From the NCBI GenBank assembly GCA_963786915.1, contig CAWBAU010000001.1:1051272-1115271 (forward strand): DNA of 64,000 nucleotides, given 5' to 3'. Below are positions 1 to 12,188 of this stretch, one piece after another (the first letter of the stretch is position 1; every line of letters starts with the position of its first letter). This DNA comes from an uncultured Nitrososphaeraceae archaeon. GTDB taxonomy: Archaea; Thermoproteota; Nitrososphaeria; Nitrososphaerales; Nitrososphaeraceae. Position numbers and translations under genes: made by a program. The notes beneath the pieces are model-generated. The model was not told the origin of the DNA, did no database searches, and saw nothing but the letters and a program-made list of their open reading frames with translations.

Positions 1-1271
1 CGAACATCGGCTTTGGCAGGGTCTTCGGCCTCCCCAATTCCCCTACGCTCACCTGTATAGGTACCGACTCCGGCCTTTAGTCCTTCAATGTCTGCAAAAA
101 TGCCAGAAGAAGAGGTTGGCGCTGATGTACCTTGGCTAAATGATGCATCATTTTTCAACAACTCCTCTGCCTCGTCAAGTTTTACGAAGATGCCATTGAC
201 AAAAGCTTCTATAGATTCTACGGATTCTCTTGCTTGTATCATCCTGCGCAGCTCTTCTCTCATTTCCTCTTCAATGCTTACCATTAGATTGGGATCATGC
301 TTTTCGATCGGTGCTTCCAAATATTCATAATTATCCAAGTATGCAGAGATAGCATATTGGTCTGCCTGCTCATAATTGCCATTGTTTACTTCTGAAATAA
401 CATTTGACAAAAGCGTTCTTATTGTAGCGAAATACTGCTGATGTTCACTTGTGCTCTCGCTTCCCTCACTTACTGATAGTTCTTCTGCCAAGTCTCTTTC
501 AATTGCAGTGGTAAGGCGAAGAATTGACTCGTTATCTATCTTTTGAGCTAGAGAGCTTTCAAGTTCATTGAAGAACGACTCAATTTCAATTCTTCTTCTA
601 CTATCTTCTATCAAAGAAGACAAAGTTTTTTGATAATTTTGGTGAGCTATCTGGACAAGTCCAACTGCATTCTCGTAATCAATAGCCTGTTGTAGGTTAG
701 CACTGTCAGACCTGTTTGATGCATTAGAAATTGTTGTTGTTGCATATGACTGTACTGCATCCCGCAAGAGAAATACAACAGCTTGGGAAACCATCCCTTT
801 GTCAGAAAGAAATTCCGGGCCTACAGATTGTTGAGAGATTTGGTCCAGCAGTATGCGTATTTGCCCTATACTTTCCCTTGCTTTTTCTTCTGAATATTCT
901 CCAGTTCTGATTCTTAGAGGAAGGTCGGTAAGCAAAGATTCAAGCTGCTTGGTGGATTGTTCTCCAGCAGTCTGTCCTAGCTGGTTCTTTATAGCAGGAA
1001 ATGTCGTGCTGTGTGGGATGAAAGCATGTGCAAATGCCATTTCAAGATTGCCTTTATCTAGGCTTTGTTCAGTCAACCAAAGCTGCGTCCGTATCCTCTC
1101 AATGTTGACCAAAACAATAAGTGCATCTTTATCGCTAAGTACTTGACCATATACAGAAAAGGAATTTGAGGCAAATAGTTGAGTGATTACCACTATTGTC
1201 ACAAAAGAGAAGAACATCAGTTTTGTATTTGGTTTGACTGAGGAAGGACCAATAATTTTTTTTTGGTTCAA
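1..1271 (-). CDS. FTR1-type high-affinity iron permease-associated protein, large extracellular N-terminal part (runs off the window start)
   Basis: Absent from the ORF track because it has no stop in the window. Manual translation from TTG at 1271 is open to base 1: MNQKKIIGP..signal/TM..AFAHAFIPH..AISAYLDNYEYLEAPIEKHDP..IEEEMREELRRMI. The AYLDNYEYLE motif is typical of thaumarchaeal FTR1-family proteins. Next to a DtxR gene. Confidence 0.75.
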   Translation of the reverse strand, partial: MNQKKIIGPSSVKPNTKLMFFSFVTIVVITQLFASNSFSVYGQVLSDKDALIVLVNIERIRTQLWLTEQSLDKGNLEMAFAHAFIPHSTTFPAIKNQLGQTAGEQSTKQLESLLTDLPLRIRTGEYSEEKARESIGQIRILLDQISQQSVGPEFLSDKGMVSQAVVFLLRDAVQSYATTTISNASNRSDSANLQQAIDYENAVGLVQIAHQNYQKTLSSLIEDSRRRIEIESFFNELESSLAQKIDNESILRLTTAIERDLAEELSVSEGSESTSEHQQYFATIRTLLSNVISEVNNGNYEQADQYAISAYLDNYEYLEAPIEKHDPNLMVSIEEEMREELRRMIQARESVESIEAFVNGIFVKLDEAEELLKNDASFSQGTSAPTSSSGIFADIEGLKAGVGTYTGERRGIGEAEDPAKADV

Positions 1272-1302
1272 TTTATTTTGATCACCAGTTTCAATATTTC
1301 TT

Positions 1303-1461
1303 TTATATATAGATGACAATGAGGTTGTTTTCCAAGGCTAACGTTTGGGCTGTCCTTGCACTGTCAGCTGCTGATAATACTATTCCAGGAGAAACAGTGT
1401 CTGCAATCAGTTGCAAACGTGGGATCACTTCTTTGTATTCAAACGACAAAGTGCTGCCCAT
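1303..1461 (-). CDS. Putative 52-aa leaderless small ORF between the operator and the permease gene
   Basis: ATG at 1461 directly follows the operators and TATA box; MGSTLSFEYKEVIPRLQ...IVIYI*; no recognisable motif. Confidence 0.25.
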   Translation of the reverse strand: MGSTLSFEYKEVIPRLQLIADTVSPGIVLSAADSARTAQTLALENNLIVIYI

Positions 1462-1500
1462 TAATTAGGTCGACCTAATTAGTTTGGCCTAATATTTAAA
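1462..1500 (-). promoter_or_regulatory. Tandem DtxR/IdeR-type operators with TATA box
   Basis: Perfect 20-bp palindrome TAATTAGGTCGACCTAATTA (1462-1481; core TTAGG-TCGA-CCTAA 1465-1478). Abutting second site TTAGT-TTGG-CCTAA (1479-1492). TTTAAATA TATA box on - strand at 1493-1500. Confidence 0.8.
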
Positions 1501-1599
1501 CTGTCTTTTATAGGGTTCTGCTGTGTCAGGGTTTGATTTGTAGGCGTTGCATAGTGGTTGATGAACAAACGAGAGGATATAAATTGCTCTTTAATGAGC

Positions 1600-1989
1600 C
1601 TAGGGGTTATTACAACATCTTCCCTTTGGAATATTATGGCCATGAGGGCATTTTCTAGGATGCTTAAGAAGGGTGCAAAGAGCATCTGTAAAGATGTTTT
1701 TCATATGATGTTCTATTCCGCAAGCCATTTCTTCATCTACCTCTATCTTTAGCGTGTCATTCATCATGACTTCAAGTAGCCTGGTATTTCTAACCATCTG
1801 CCGTCCAATTCTCCTTCCATCTTCGGTAAGTGTCACCTTGGTTTGGCTGTATTCCACAAGGTTTGAATTGTGTAGTTTGTGTAACATTTGTACAACAGAA
1901 GGTTGTGTAACATTGAGCAACTTTGCTATTGAGCTAACTTTAGCATCTTGACCTTTTTCATGGAAGTACCAAATAGCTTTAAGATACAT
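1600..1989 (-). CDS. DtxR/MntR-family metal-dependent transcriptional regulator
   Basis: (E)MYLKAIW, HTH VSSIAKLLNVTQPSVVQMLHKL, LTEDGRRIG, ACGIEH, PRKCPHGHNIP. The N-terminus probably extends upstream across a 1-nt indel near 2015. Confidence 0.92.
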   Translation of the reverse strand: MYLKAIWYFHEKGQDAKVSSIAKLLNVTQPSVVQMLHKLHNSNLVEYSQTKVTLTEDGRRIGRQMVRNTRLLEVMMNDTLKIEVDEEMACGIEHHMKNIFTDALCTLLKHPRKCPHGHNIPKGRCCNNP

Positions 1990-2567
1990 CTCTGTATGTT
2001 CTGACTCAGCAGTACCCTATGAAAAGCTCTTCTCTGTTTTGATTGATGCGGGTTCTACTATTTGATATATAGTCAGATATATTATGGGTAACCCCCGATA
2101 GATATATGTCATTTTCGGTAACAATATGTCATTGTTCGTGTTAATTCATGAGTGGATTAGACATAAGATTCATGATTGTCGATTGTTCCAGTTTGTGCTT
2201 CAACTCCCAGATAGATAAACATGACACCCCTGAACACGACAGAACCATTATTATTATTATTAGTCTATAGATTCAATCTAATTCTAGATGAGGTAAAGGC
2301 GGACGCTGAAAAAGACGAAATCGTCCAGGAAGAACCCAGCAATTATTTCTGGCGCAACCATGCTCTCTAATAATATAGGTAAGGACTTCCATTGAATCTG
2401 TTATAGACAGACGATCAATGGAGTTCCCACAGCTGATTGTTTTACTTTTGAACATGAATCCATGTCTTTGCAATAATTTCTTCCTTCGTTTTTAATGAAG
2501 AGGGTGCACCTTTTACCATCTGTCCTCTGCTTGTTGGAAAAAATATCTATCTCTTTTTCTCCTCTAG

Positions 2568-4693
<2,126 letters not shown>

Positions 4694-4698
4694 AGGCG

Positions 4699-4712
4699 TT
4701 AGGCTAGCCTAA
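4699..4712. promoter_or_regulatory. DtxR-type operator upstream of the hydantoinase/oxoprolinase gene
   Basis: Perfect palindrome TTAGG-CTAG-CCTAA, 5 nt upstream of the TTG start at 4693; same core as the site at 1465-1478. Confidence 0.78.
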
Positions 4713-5280
4713 TTGACCAATGTAATTTATATTTTCGTATGCATCTATAGGCTCTCATAGATTATATTTTTAGATCATAGCAGAAAGGGTTATTATCATA
4801 GCTACGTAAATGCCAAATATTTCATTGATCTCATTACCATATCTTGGGACTTCAAGCACATCGTTCATGTTAATTTAAGAAATATCTGGGCCATATCCTC
4901 TACCTCAACTGTTTTTTGAATGTCAAGAGTGTACTCTTTTAGTGGTGGAGATACCTTCTCGCTGGTGCAGATTTGTGTCTCTGCCATCGTCTGATGTTAC
5001 CTCATGTAGCCTTTACCATGATTTTGAGTTGTATTTTTGCCTGGTATAGGCAGCTGAGGCTGTGGAGCTTTTTTTCAATATTATATTGTTGTTGTTATAT
5101 TCAAAATAATGTAATGCAACTTTACTAATGAAATCAAGAAAATTATACAACCACCTGAAGTAAAGTAATGGAACAAATTTGAATATTTCTGGAGCCAAGA
5201 AGATTATCTTTTCATTGAAAAGATAATACAAGCTTATATCTTTCAGGACTCTAAACTATGTGTATAAATACAGAAAGCAT

Positions 5281-5943
5281 ATGTCAAATTCATTACATCC
5301 ACGTGATCTAGGAGTTATTGTGAGAAATACACGACCAGAGGACATTACTCGAATAGTAGATTTACAAAAGGAATCATTTCCATATCTTTCTCGTTATGGA
5401 AATATATGGCATCCAGAAGAGCTTGAAAGTCATCTTCGTATTTTTCCACAAGGACAATTTGTTGCTGTCGAGCCAGATGGTATGGTAGTCGGTTCTGCCA
5501 GTACTCTTATAGTCTTACTTAAACTAGAGTATGCAGAACACACATGGAAAGAGATCACTGGAGACGGTATGTTCACAAATCATGATTCTAACGGAGATAG
5601 TCTGTATGGTGCAGATATATCGACGCATCCAAAACACAGACATGAAGGTATAGGAGGCATGCTCTATGAGGCTAGAAAAGAATTAGTTGCTAAGTTGAAT
5701 CTAAGAAGAATGATAGCAGGCGGAAGATTATTCAATTACACTGAATATGCAGACAGAATGTCTCCATATGAATATGCTGACAAAGTGATGAAAGGGGAAC
5801 TAAAAGATCCTGTCTTGTCGTTTGAATTAGATAATGGGTTTAGATTTGTCAAAATACTCCCAAATTACTTGGAGGATGTTCGTTCTCTGAATTATGCTAG
5901 TTTTATAGAATGGTCAAATCCTAGATACCAGCAAAATCGCTAA
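5281..5943 (+). CDS. GNAT-family N-acetyltransferase (YkwB-like)
   Basis: HLRIFPQGQFVA, GDSLYGADISTHPKHRHEGIG..LYEARK, GGRL, DPVLSFELDNGF, SLNYA..IEW.NP. ATG 5281 preferred over GTG 5260. Confidence 0.88.
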   Translation: MSNSLHPRDLGVIVRNTRPEDITRIVDLQKESFPYLSRYGNIWHPEELESHLRIFPQGQFVAVEPDGMVVGSASTLIVLLKLEYAEHTWKEITGDGMFTNHDSNGDSLYGADISTHPKHRHEGIGGMLYEARKELVAKLNLRRMIAGGRLFNYTEYADRMSPYEYADKVMKGELKDPVLSFELDNGFRFVKILPNYLEDVRSLNYASFIEWSNPRYQQNR

Positions 5944-6234
5944 CCAGGGATTATCGAGTCTTCTGCGGTTTACTTAAATCTCAAAGATTAGAGAGGCTTT
6001 TGACTTTTGAACTCTTTGTATAAGGTTTTTCCTGTATTTCTTAATAAGGTAAAAGTCAATAGGACAAAGAGTTGAGGAGACTATAATAATATCTGGCTAC
6101 TTTAAGCTCATAATTGCCTCCAAGCTGCATGTGTGTGATTTTCTTCTGAATAAACAACACCATCTTCATTTTATCTCGGATTTCAATTTTGATCTCCAGG
6201 TTACCATCGGATGGCCAGTAATGAAAAAAATCTT

Positions 6235-7038
6235 TCAAATCTTGAAGAGTGCTTGCGCATTTCTGAACATTAAAAGTTCACGCGAGTGTTGAGTGAGCTT
6301 GAGTTTGGCAGCAAGATTAAGATATGACTCCATGCTGGATATAGGCCAATCACTCCCATACAAAAGATATAGCGGCTCACCAACATAGTTCAAAAATTCA
6401 GTTACTTTGTCAACCATAAAATCTTCAAAATAATCAGAAAACTCACCTAGCACCAAACCCGAGATGTCTGCATAGACATTCTTGTTCTTGTAAATCACCT
6501 CTTCGCAATCCCGAATCCAGGGGTTTCCTAAATGGCATATTATTATCTTCAGCTCTGGATTATCTACTGCAACTTCGTCAATGTTCAGTGGATGAGAGAA
6601 GCGAAGCTTCCCTTTGCTTGAAAATGTGTCTCCTGTGTGTATCATGACCGGCATACCAAATTCTACGCACAGATCATAGACTCGCTGATATCTTTTGTCA
6701 TATGGGTAGTAATGCTCATAGCCGCAGTAAAGTTTCATACCTCTTATCAGGCCTTCTTTAAACCACTTTCTACAATTTTGAAAGTCGTCATCATTGTGGC
6801 TGTCAATTGAAAAACCTGCCACAATAGAGAGGATGTCGTCGTATTTCCTTGTCGCTTCTATCAGCTGCTCGGTGGATGGCCTATCTTCATTTACCTTATA
6901 AGACGAAAGGATGATCGAATGGTCAACGTTGTCGGCTTCCATTGTGTGAACCAACAGTTTTATTCGCTCTTCTAGTGGCACATATTTAGTTCCCTCATAG
7001 CGATTGAGATGCACATGGCAGTCTATTACTCTCGTCAT
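6235..7038 (-). CDS. Amidohydrolase-superfamily (amidohydro_2) protein
   Basis: IDCHVH, PVMIHTG, IIICHLGNPW, NVYADISG, LYGSDWP, NAQALF. Confidence 0.9.
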   Translation of the reverse strand: MTRVIDCHVHLNRYEGTKYVPLEERIKLLVHTMEADNVDHSIILSSYKVNEDRPSTEQLIEATRKYDDILSIVAGFSIDSHNDDDFQNCRKWFKEGLIRGMKLYCGYEHYYPYDKRYQRVYDLCVEFGMPVMIHTGDTFSSKGKLRFSHPLNIDEVAVDNPELKIIICHLGNPWIRDCEEVIYKNKNVYADISGLVLGEFSDYFEDFMVDKVTEFLNYVGEPLYLLYGSDWPISSMESYLNLAAKLKLTQHSRELLMFRNAQALFKI

Positions 7039-7050
7039 TTGAGCATCAAC

Positions 7051-7701
7051 TCACTTTTGAGGCACATATTTAGGGTTTATCCATTCTATAAAACTAGCAT
7101 AATTCAAGGAACGACTGTCTTTCATATAGTTTGGCAGGATTTTGATAAACCTGAAGCCATTATTTAATTGAAATGATAAGACAAGATCCTTTAATTCTCC
7201 CTTGACAACCTTTTCAGCATATTCTTGAGCTGACATCTTTTCTGCATATTCACTGTAGTTGAATAATCTTCCGCCTGCTATCATTCTTCTTAGATTCAAT
7301 TTAACAGCCAAATCCTTCCTGGCATCATACAGCATAGTCGCAATACCTAGCCCTCGGGAGTCAGGGTGTGTTGATATATCTGCACCGTAAAGGCTATCAC
7401 CTTTGAGGGTATGGTTTGTAAACATCCCATAAGCAGTAGCCTGTTTCCAAGTATGTTCTTGGTAATCTGGCTTGAGTGAAGTTACAAGGCTGCTTGAAGA
7501 GGCTATTATTTTTCCATCTAACTCTGCGTAAAACTGTCCCTCTGGAAATATTTTGATATGACTTTCAAGATGATGTTCATCCCAAATTACTCCATCTTTA
7601 GCCATGATGGGAAAAGATTGTTTTTGCAGTTCTACAATATGAGGAATATCCTCTGAAGTGACATTTCTAATAATGATGTTATTATTATCACGGGTCGCCA
7701 A
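7051..7701 (-). CDS. GNAT-family N-acetyltransferase, paralogue of 5281-5943
   Basis: HIKIFPEGQF, GDSLYGADISTHPDSRGLGIA..LYDARK, NLRRMIAGGRLFNY. Confidence 0.88.
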   Translation of the reverse strand: MATRDNNNIIIRNVTSEDIPHIVELQKQSFPIMAKDGVIWDEHHLESHIKIFPEGQFYAELDGKIIASSSSLVTSLKPDYQEHTWKQATAYGMFTNHTLKGDSLYGADISTHPDSRGLGIATMLYDARKDLAVKLNLRRMIAGGRLFNYSEYAEKMSAQEYAEKVVKGELKDLVLSFQLNNGFRFIKILPNYMKDSRSLNYASFIEWINPKYVPQK

Positions 7702-8357
7702 TTAAATCAGCTCCATCATGCTGGAGTCTTATCAAAGATTAGTGTGTATGCCTGCTAGAATTTCGTTCGCCTGGCCACAATCTTATAACAATAGACTAGT
7801 CACCAATATTTTGTCATAAAATAAATGTGATTTCCTGCTTCCATATTGACATATCTTGTTTCAATATTTCTTGCACAAGCCAAAATGAGCATAGCGATGC
7901 CGAAAATAATATTATCGCTTGGCCACGCATCGGTGTCTCGGTAAAGAATATGCAGAGCCTTAGTGCGAAGAATTTGCAGCATAGAAGAATGTCACTAGGC
8001 TTAACATAGAGAAATTCGATGCTGCTTTTCGCTCTTTTCCTATCTATAGAACAGCCTTTTGTACATAGTTTACGCCTTTAGAGGTTTTAATGTCATTACT
8101 TGCACATCATTTTATCCTTTATCCTTTCCTTTGAAATGATTTATTTAAAAAGGACCGATTTCGGAGCGGGTCCTGTGGAATAGGTCCCTGCATGTTAAAC
8201 GGGTTTGATTCTTTGAGCTTTAAAGGTCACGTATCGCACGTTAGAGGGGGCGTGTGGCATTACTATAGACATATAGTCGTTTGAGGATTTGACAGGGTAC
8301 TCGCAACCATCCTAGTCATGTACTACAGCCATTTGCACTCTGTAGATGTTTTGCTAG

Positions 8358-8422
8358 GTGTGTATGTGCGTGTGTGTATGTGTGTGTATGTGTGTGTATG
8401 TGTGTGTATGTGTGTGTATGTG
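8358..8422. repeat. TG-type microsatellite, (TGTGTGTATG)5 plus degenerate copies
   Basis: Read directly; exact 10-bp units at 8371-8420. Confidence 0.95.
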
Positions 8423-8519
8423 GGTGGTGGGTGTGTATCTGCATTGGTTGGTTTACCTTTTTTATTATTATTATTATCTTCTGTGGCGTACATGTGTGCA
8501 TCTACATACTGTGAGGGAG

Positions 8520-8554
<35 letters not shown>

Positions 8555-8588
8555 GTCACCCATCAAGAGCTCATGGGGGTTTCTGTCA

Positions 8589-8882
8589 CTACTGCAGCTT
8601 GATTATCTCATCCCATGTCCCAGTCAATGAGAACATGAAATACTTGTCTTGACTGTCAGATTCAAACTGTAGTATATCTCCAGCTGCTATTTGGGTTCTG
8701 AACAATTTGTTCAGATACTGTATGAAGGTGGGTCCAGCAACTATGCTCTTTGCTTCATGCTCAACAGGCTCGCTATAGTATTTTTTTAAAGTATCAGGCA
8801 ATCCAACGTTGCTAAGCTCTTCTACTAAAATAGGCAATTCCACAAAAGTTGAGCTTCTCTTGTAAAGTCTAATCGTCGCCAA
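8589..8882 (-). CDS. Hypothetical protein
   Basis: 97-aa ORF with protein-like composition (YLNKLFRTQIAAGDILQFES). Confidence 0.65.
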   Translation of the reverse strand: MATIRLYKRSSTFVELPILVEELSNVGLPDTLKKYYSEPVEHEAKSIVAGPTFIQYLNKLFRTQIAAGDILQFESDSQDKYFMFSLTGTWDEIIKLQ

Positions 8883-9099
8883 TGAAAATATATCTCTACT
8901 CCTACTCTCTTTATCATGTCCGTACGGTCATATAAACAGCCATGCCTATTTCTTTCCCACTTTCTCCTCTCTCTCTCTTCTCCGAGGAGCAGGCAGCAGT
9001 AGCAGTACACGATGTAAAGAACCTTAAGTCTGATTGCTCAAGTAATATTGTAATAGGAAGAAGAAGAAGAAGAAGAGGAATAAGAAGGAAAAATATGAT

Positions 9100-9237
9100 A
9101 TGATAAAAGTATGCAAATCATGTGGCAAAGAGTTTCAAAACCTTAGCGAGGGTGTATTATATTCAAGCTTTGCCAGGGGCGTTTTGGAGTTTTGCTCAGA
9201 TGATTGTTCAAAGAATTACCTTAATTCACAGTTATAA
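9100..9237 (+). CDS. 45-aa TRASH/YHS-like zinc-finger small protein
   Basis: Below the track cut-off: MIKVCKSCGKEF...LEFCSDDCSKNYLNSQL (CxxC...FCSxxC). Confidence 0.65.
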   Translation: MIKVCKSCGKEFQNLSEGVLYSSFARGVLEFCSDDCSKNYLNSQL

Positions 9238-9529
9238 AATGAAGAATACATGCGGAAGAGAACTAAGAGTATGTGATGGCGTTGTTGTCTCTTAACAGAC
9301 TCAAGGCTTTACTTGCCAAACAGACTGCAAAGGAGACAGTCGCTACTTCTTTAGCCTCTTCACATAATGGCTCTTTGAATCTATGACGGCAATTTGCTCC
9401 TAAAGCGAGCTTCCCATAACCTGTCAGCAATTTGCCTGTTCCTATACGATTAATGCCTTATTCCTGTCAGGATATCCTCGAAAGTTCTGGTCAAGCCCTC
9501 AACATTCGGCCCCTGTGTGGCACTATCTA

Positions 9530-9680
9530 TCACGTCGCGGGGCATGGACTTTTTTCTTCCAACTACTCCGCAATCTGGCACCATATTACGTCTTTGACAC
9601 TTGGTATGGCCTTTACTTCTTCAAGCAAATCAAGCAGCTTGAAATTATGTTTGATAATTATCTCCGGTCGATTCATATCA
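9530..9680 (-). pseudogene. Fragment resembling the C-terminus of an Lrp/AsnC-family regulator
   Basis: KHNFKLLDLLEEVKAIPSVKDVIWCQIAE*; no HTH N-terminus found. Confidence 0.4.
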
Positions 9681-9707
9681 CAAGTGAGTTGCTCGTTATC
9701 AGGACGA

Positions 9708-9908
9708 TCAGATCTCCTTGAACGATGGCGACGCCCCAACAAATTTGGCAATCTTGTGTCTAAGAAAAACCTCATGTTCTTTTCCACAGTCATTGCATCG
9801 AAGTCGGAGATTGCCAGAAATGCTCCTATATTTTGGCTTTACCACTTCATCTTCCTCGATGAGTTCCATCACATTTCCACAATCACATGAGATCAGGTGT
9901 TTTGGCAT
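9708..9908 (-). CDS. Small zinc-ribbon protein
   Basis: SCDCGN...LRCNDCGKEH; 66 aa. Confidence 0.6.
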   Translation of the reverse strand: MPKHLISCDCGNVMELIEEDEVVKPKYRSISGNLRLRCNDCGKEHEVFLRHKIAKFVGASPSFKEI

Positions 9909-10304
9909 TGAACACGATTACACAGAAGAAGAATTAAAGTGTGTGAAGTAGAAGGTGTCCATGCTTTTACTTTTGTAGAACGGTAAACAAAACAAACCCT
10001 GTATAATCGCGTAGTGCATATAAGGTTAAAGTCTTGGAATAGGTAATCGGTACTATCACACATTCGGCTGCCTCTTCAAAAAAAGGAAACAATACAACAG
10101 CATCTGATGGTTCTCTTATAATAGTATATGAGAGGATAATGTTCCCTATAGGCTGGATAAAGCTGAAGTAGCGGTAAGGAAGCAATGCACTGTAGATACA
10201 TTTGAGCAGATTTGCTTTCTTACTAAAATAGATCCCACCATATCATCTCTTGTTGAACCCAATATGGGCGTTCCAATTGTGCAATAGATGCATAAGCATA
10301 CTCG

Positions 10305-10535
10305 TTATTTCTGTTTGCAGTACTCTGTTAACTGCCCAAAGTCAGAGTTTACCATTACCAGATGATTTTCGGAATGCATATGCTTTACTATCTCATAATG
10401 ATGGAGAAAACTACGATTGCATCCTAGGCAAAACCATGTCTTTTTCAGATCACCCATTAATGTAACATATGCTTCTTCCTTTCCAGACTGCACAGGTTCA
10501 ATGCTCTTTTGCATGATTTGCTTTTCGCTTGGCAT
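10305..10535 (-). CDS. Small C2H2 zinc-finger-like protein
   Basis: WFCLGCNRSFLHHYEIVKHMHSENH matches Cx2Cx3Fx8Hx5H. Confidence 0.65.
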   Translation of the reverse strand: MPSEKQIMQKSIEPVQSGKEEAYVTLMGDLKKTWFCLGCNRSFLHHYEIVKHMHSENHLVMVNSDFGQLTEYCKQK

Positions 10536-10817
10536 TAATTACTATATATACATTCCAAATATTTACGTCTATTATCACATCATTATCCTTGACTAACTGC
10601 ATTTTTGCCGCTTAACAGGTTTCATGCTTGCTTTTACATAAGTATCTGGCGCTTTGAGCTGTTGCCTTTAACATATCGAGGCGAATAGCCTATTGTTGCC
10701 TCCAGATAGCGCATAAGAATTTAGATTGATGGCTGCTATATCTGCTCAGCGCATTCATAACAATAACCTGAACAATGTACGTCTATTGGTTAAGTGCCAT
10801 GGTTGTGTAGATATGGC

Positions 10818-10973
10818 ATGACACAACTAACATACAACAACGCCAATGCTGAAGAAAGGACTAAACAATTACGCAATGCAAAAGTCGAAGAATCAAGGAT
10901 TCAAGAGCTGTCAAGAGCACAATTTGAAAACCTTCCACAACCAGTTCAGGAAAAGCTAAACGCGTCGGCATAG
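10818..10973 (+). CDS. Putative 51-aa helical small protein
   Basis: MTQLTYNNANAEERTKQLRNAKVEESRIQELSRAQFENLPQPVQEKLNASA*; manual translation. Confidence 0.4.
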   Translation: MTQLTYNNANAEERTKQLRNAKVEESRIQELSRAQFENLPQPVQEKLNASA

Positions 10974-11082
10974 AGCCGGCTACTTTTGCCTTTATGATTT
11001 CCTCGAAGTCACACGATAGGTATTATATCTTCCTTGTATTATCTTCCCTGTATGTAAAGCTGCATTATTTCAATTGTAGCTG

Positions 11083-11307
11083 TTACTCTTTCTGGTTAAT
11101 TACCCCAAACATCTTTTGTACCATCTGGTAGTTGCTGTTATGACATTGACAAGCACACATGTGGGTGTTGTCTGAGCCATCTGTTACGGTCTTGACGGTA
11201 CCGTCGCAGGAATCATGCTCATTTTGAATGCATTTATTAGAAGTGGTAATAATGTCAAGTAGTATCAACCAGTTAAGTATGTTGTTATTATGCTCAAGTG
11301 CTGTCAA
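11083..11307 (-). CDS. Small Cys/His metal-binding protein
   Basis: KCIQNEHDSCDG...HMCACQCH; true start probably internal. Confidence 0.55.
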   Translation of the reverse strand: MTALEHNNNILNWLILLDIITTSNKCIQNEHDSCDGTVKTVTDGSDNTHMCACQCHNSNYQMVQKMFGVINQKE

Positions 11308-12188
11308 TATGTGTCAGCGTTGCATTCGATTCTTTACTTACCGCCTCCTATAGGTTGTAGCGAGGAAATTTAAGAGAGACATCTCTTGGTTTATTACTTC
11401 CAGTTTGCTTCCAGTGGGAATACATTACCTTCAAAATCGCTGCTACGAATAATGCCGTGCACGAGGTTGGACTGTATTTATTGGATCTGAAAAGAGGATT
11501 ATCAGCATAGTCTAAGGCAGCATCTATGCAGAGTTCTAATCTCTAACAGCTAGCTCCCACCAGAGAACCTCAAATTGTGATGTGAAAGAACCATCTGACT
11601 TCCATCATCGTTAACGTCAACATCAGCAGATGCAAGAGCAGAGGGTTCATTCATCACTCTCAGGAATTTCAAGATAAGGTGAGATATGTCTAAAATGTCA
11701 GGCATGACTCCTGAGAATGATTGAATGTGTGAAAATTGAGTTGTTCTTATCAAAAATACAGGAAACTTCGATAATTCACGAGGCATTTTATATCAGTTTA
11801 AGATAGATCATGTTTTATTGTAAGACCAAAAAAGGCTAGAATTCATTGCTCTGCTTGTAACAACCTTGGGAGCTAGATAGCCAAATTATGAATTCAGCGG
11901 TGAGAATGATAAACCAAAAAAATTTTTAGCTAGTGGCACCTAGAACCCAATCTAACAACAACAAAAGTCCAAAACTCGGACTCCCAAAAATTGGGAACGA
12001 TGATAATAACGACACAAATGAAGGAGCAAAAGAGAAGAAGATAGCCTACTGCGGCAAGCTTAAACTATACGTTCAAAATGTATCCACCATTTTATCTTAT
12101 CTCTGAATCGTGACGTACAGTTCAGAAAAAGTCTCCACAATAAATAAAAAATATCTGGCTATGCAAACCGTTCGATGCGATCAAGAAC

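Noticed and set aside
2080..2100. GGGTAACCC upstream of the DtxR gene as an autoregulatory box
   Set aside because: Poor match to TTAGG-N4-CCTAA.
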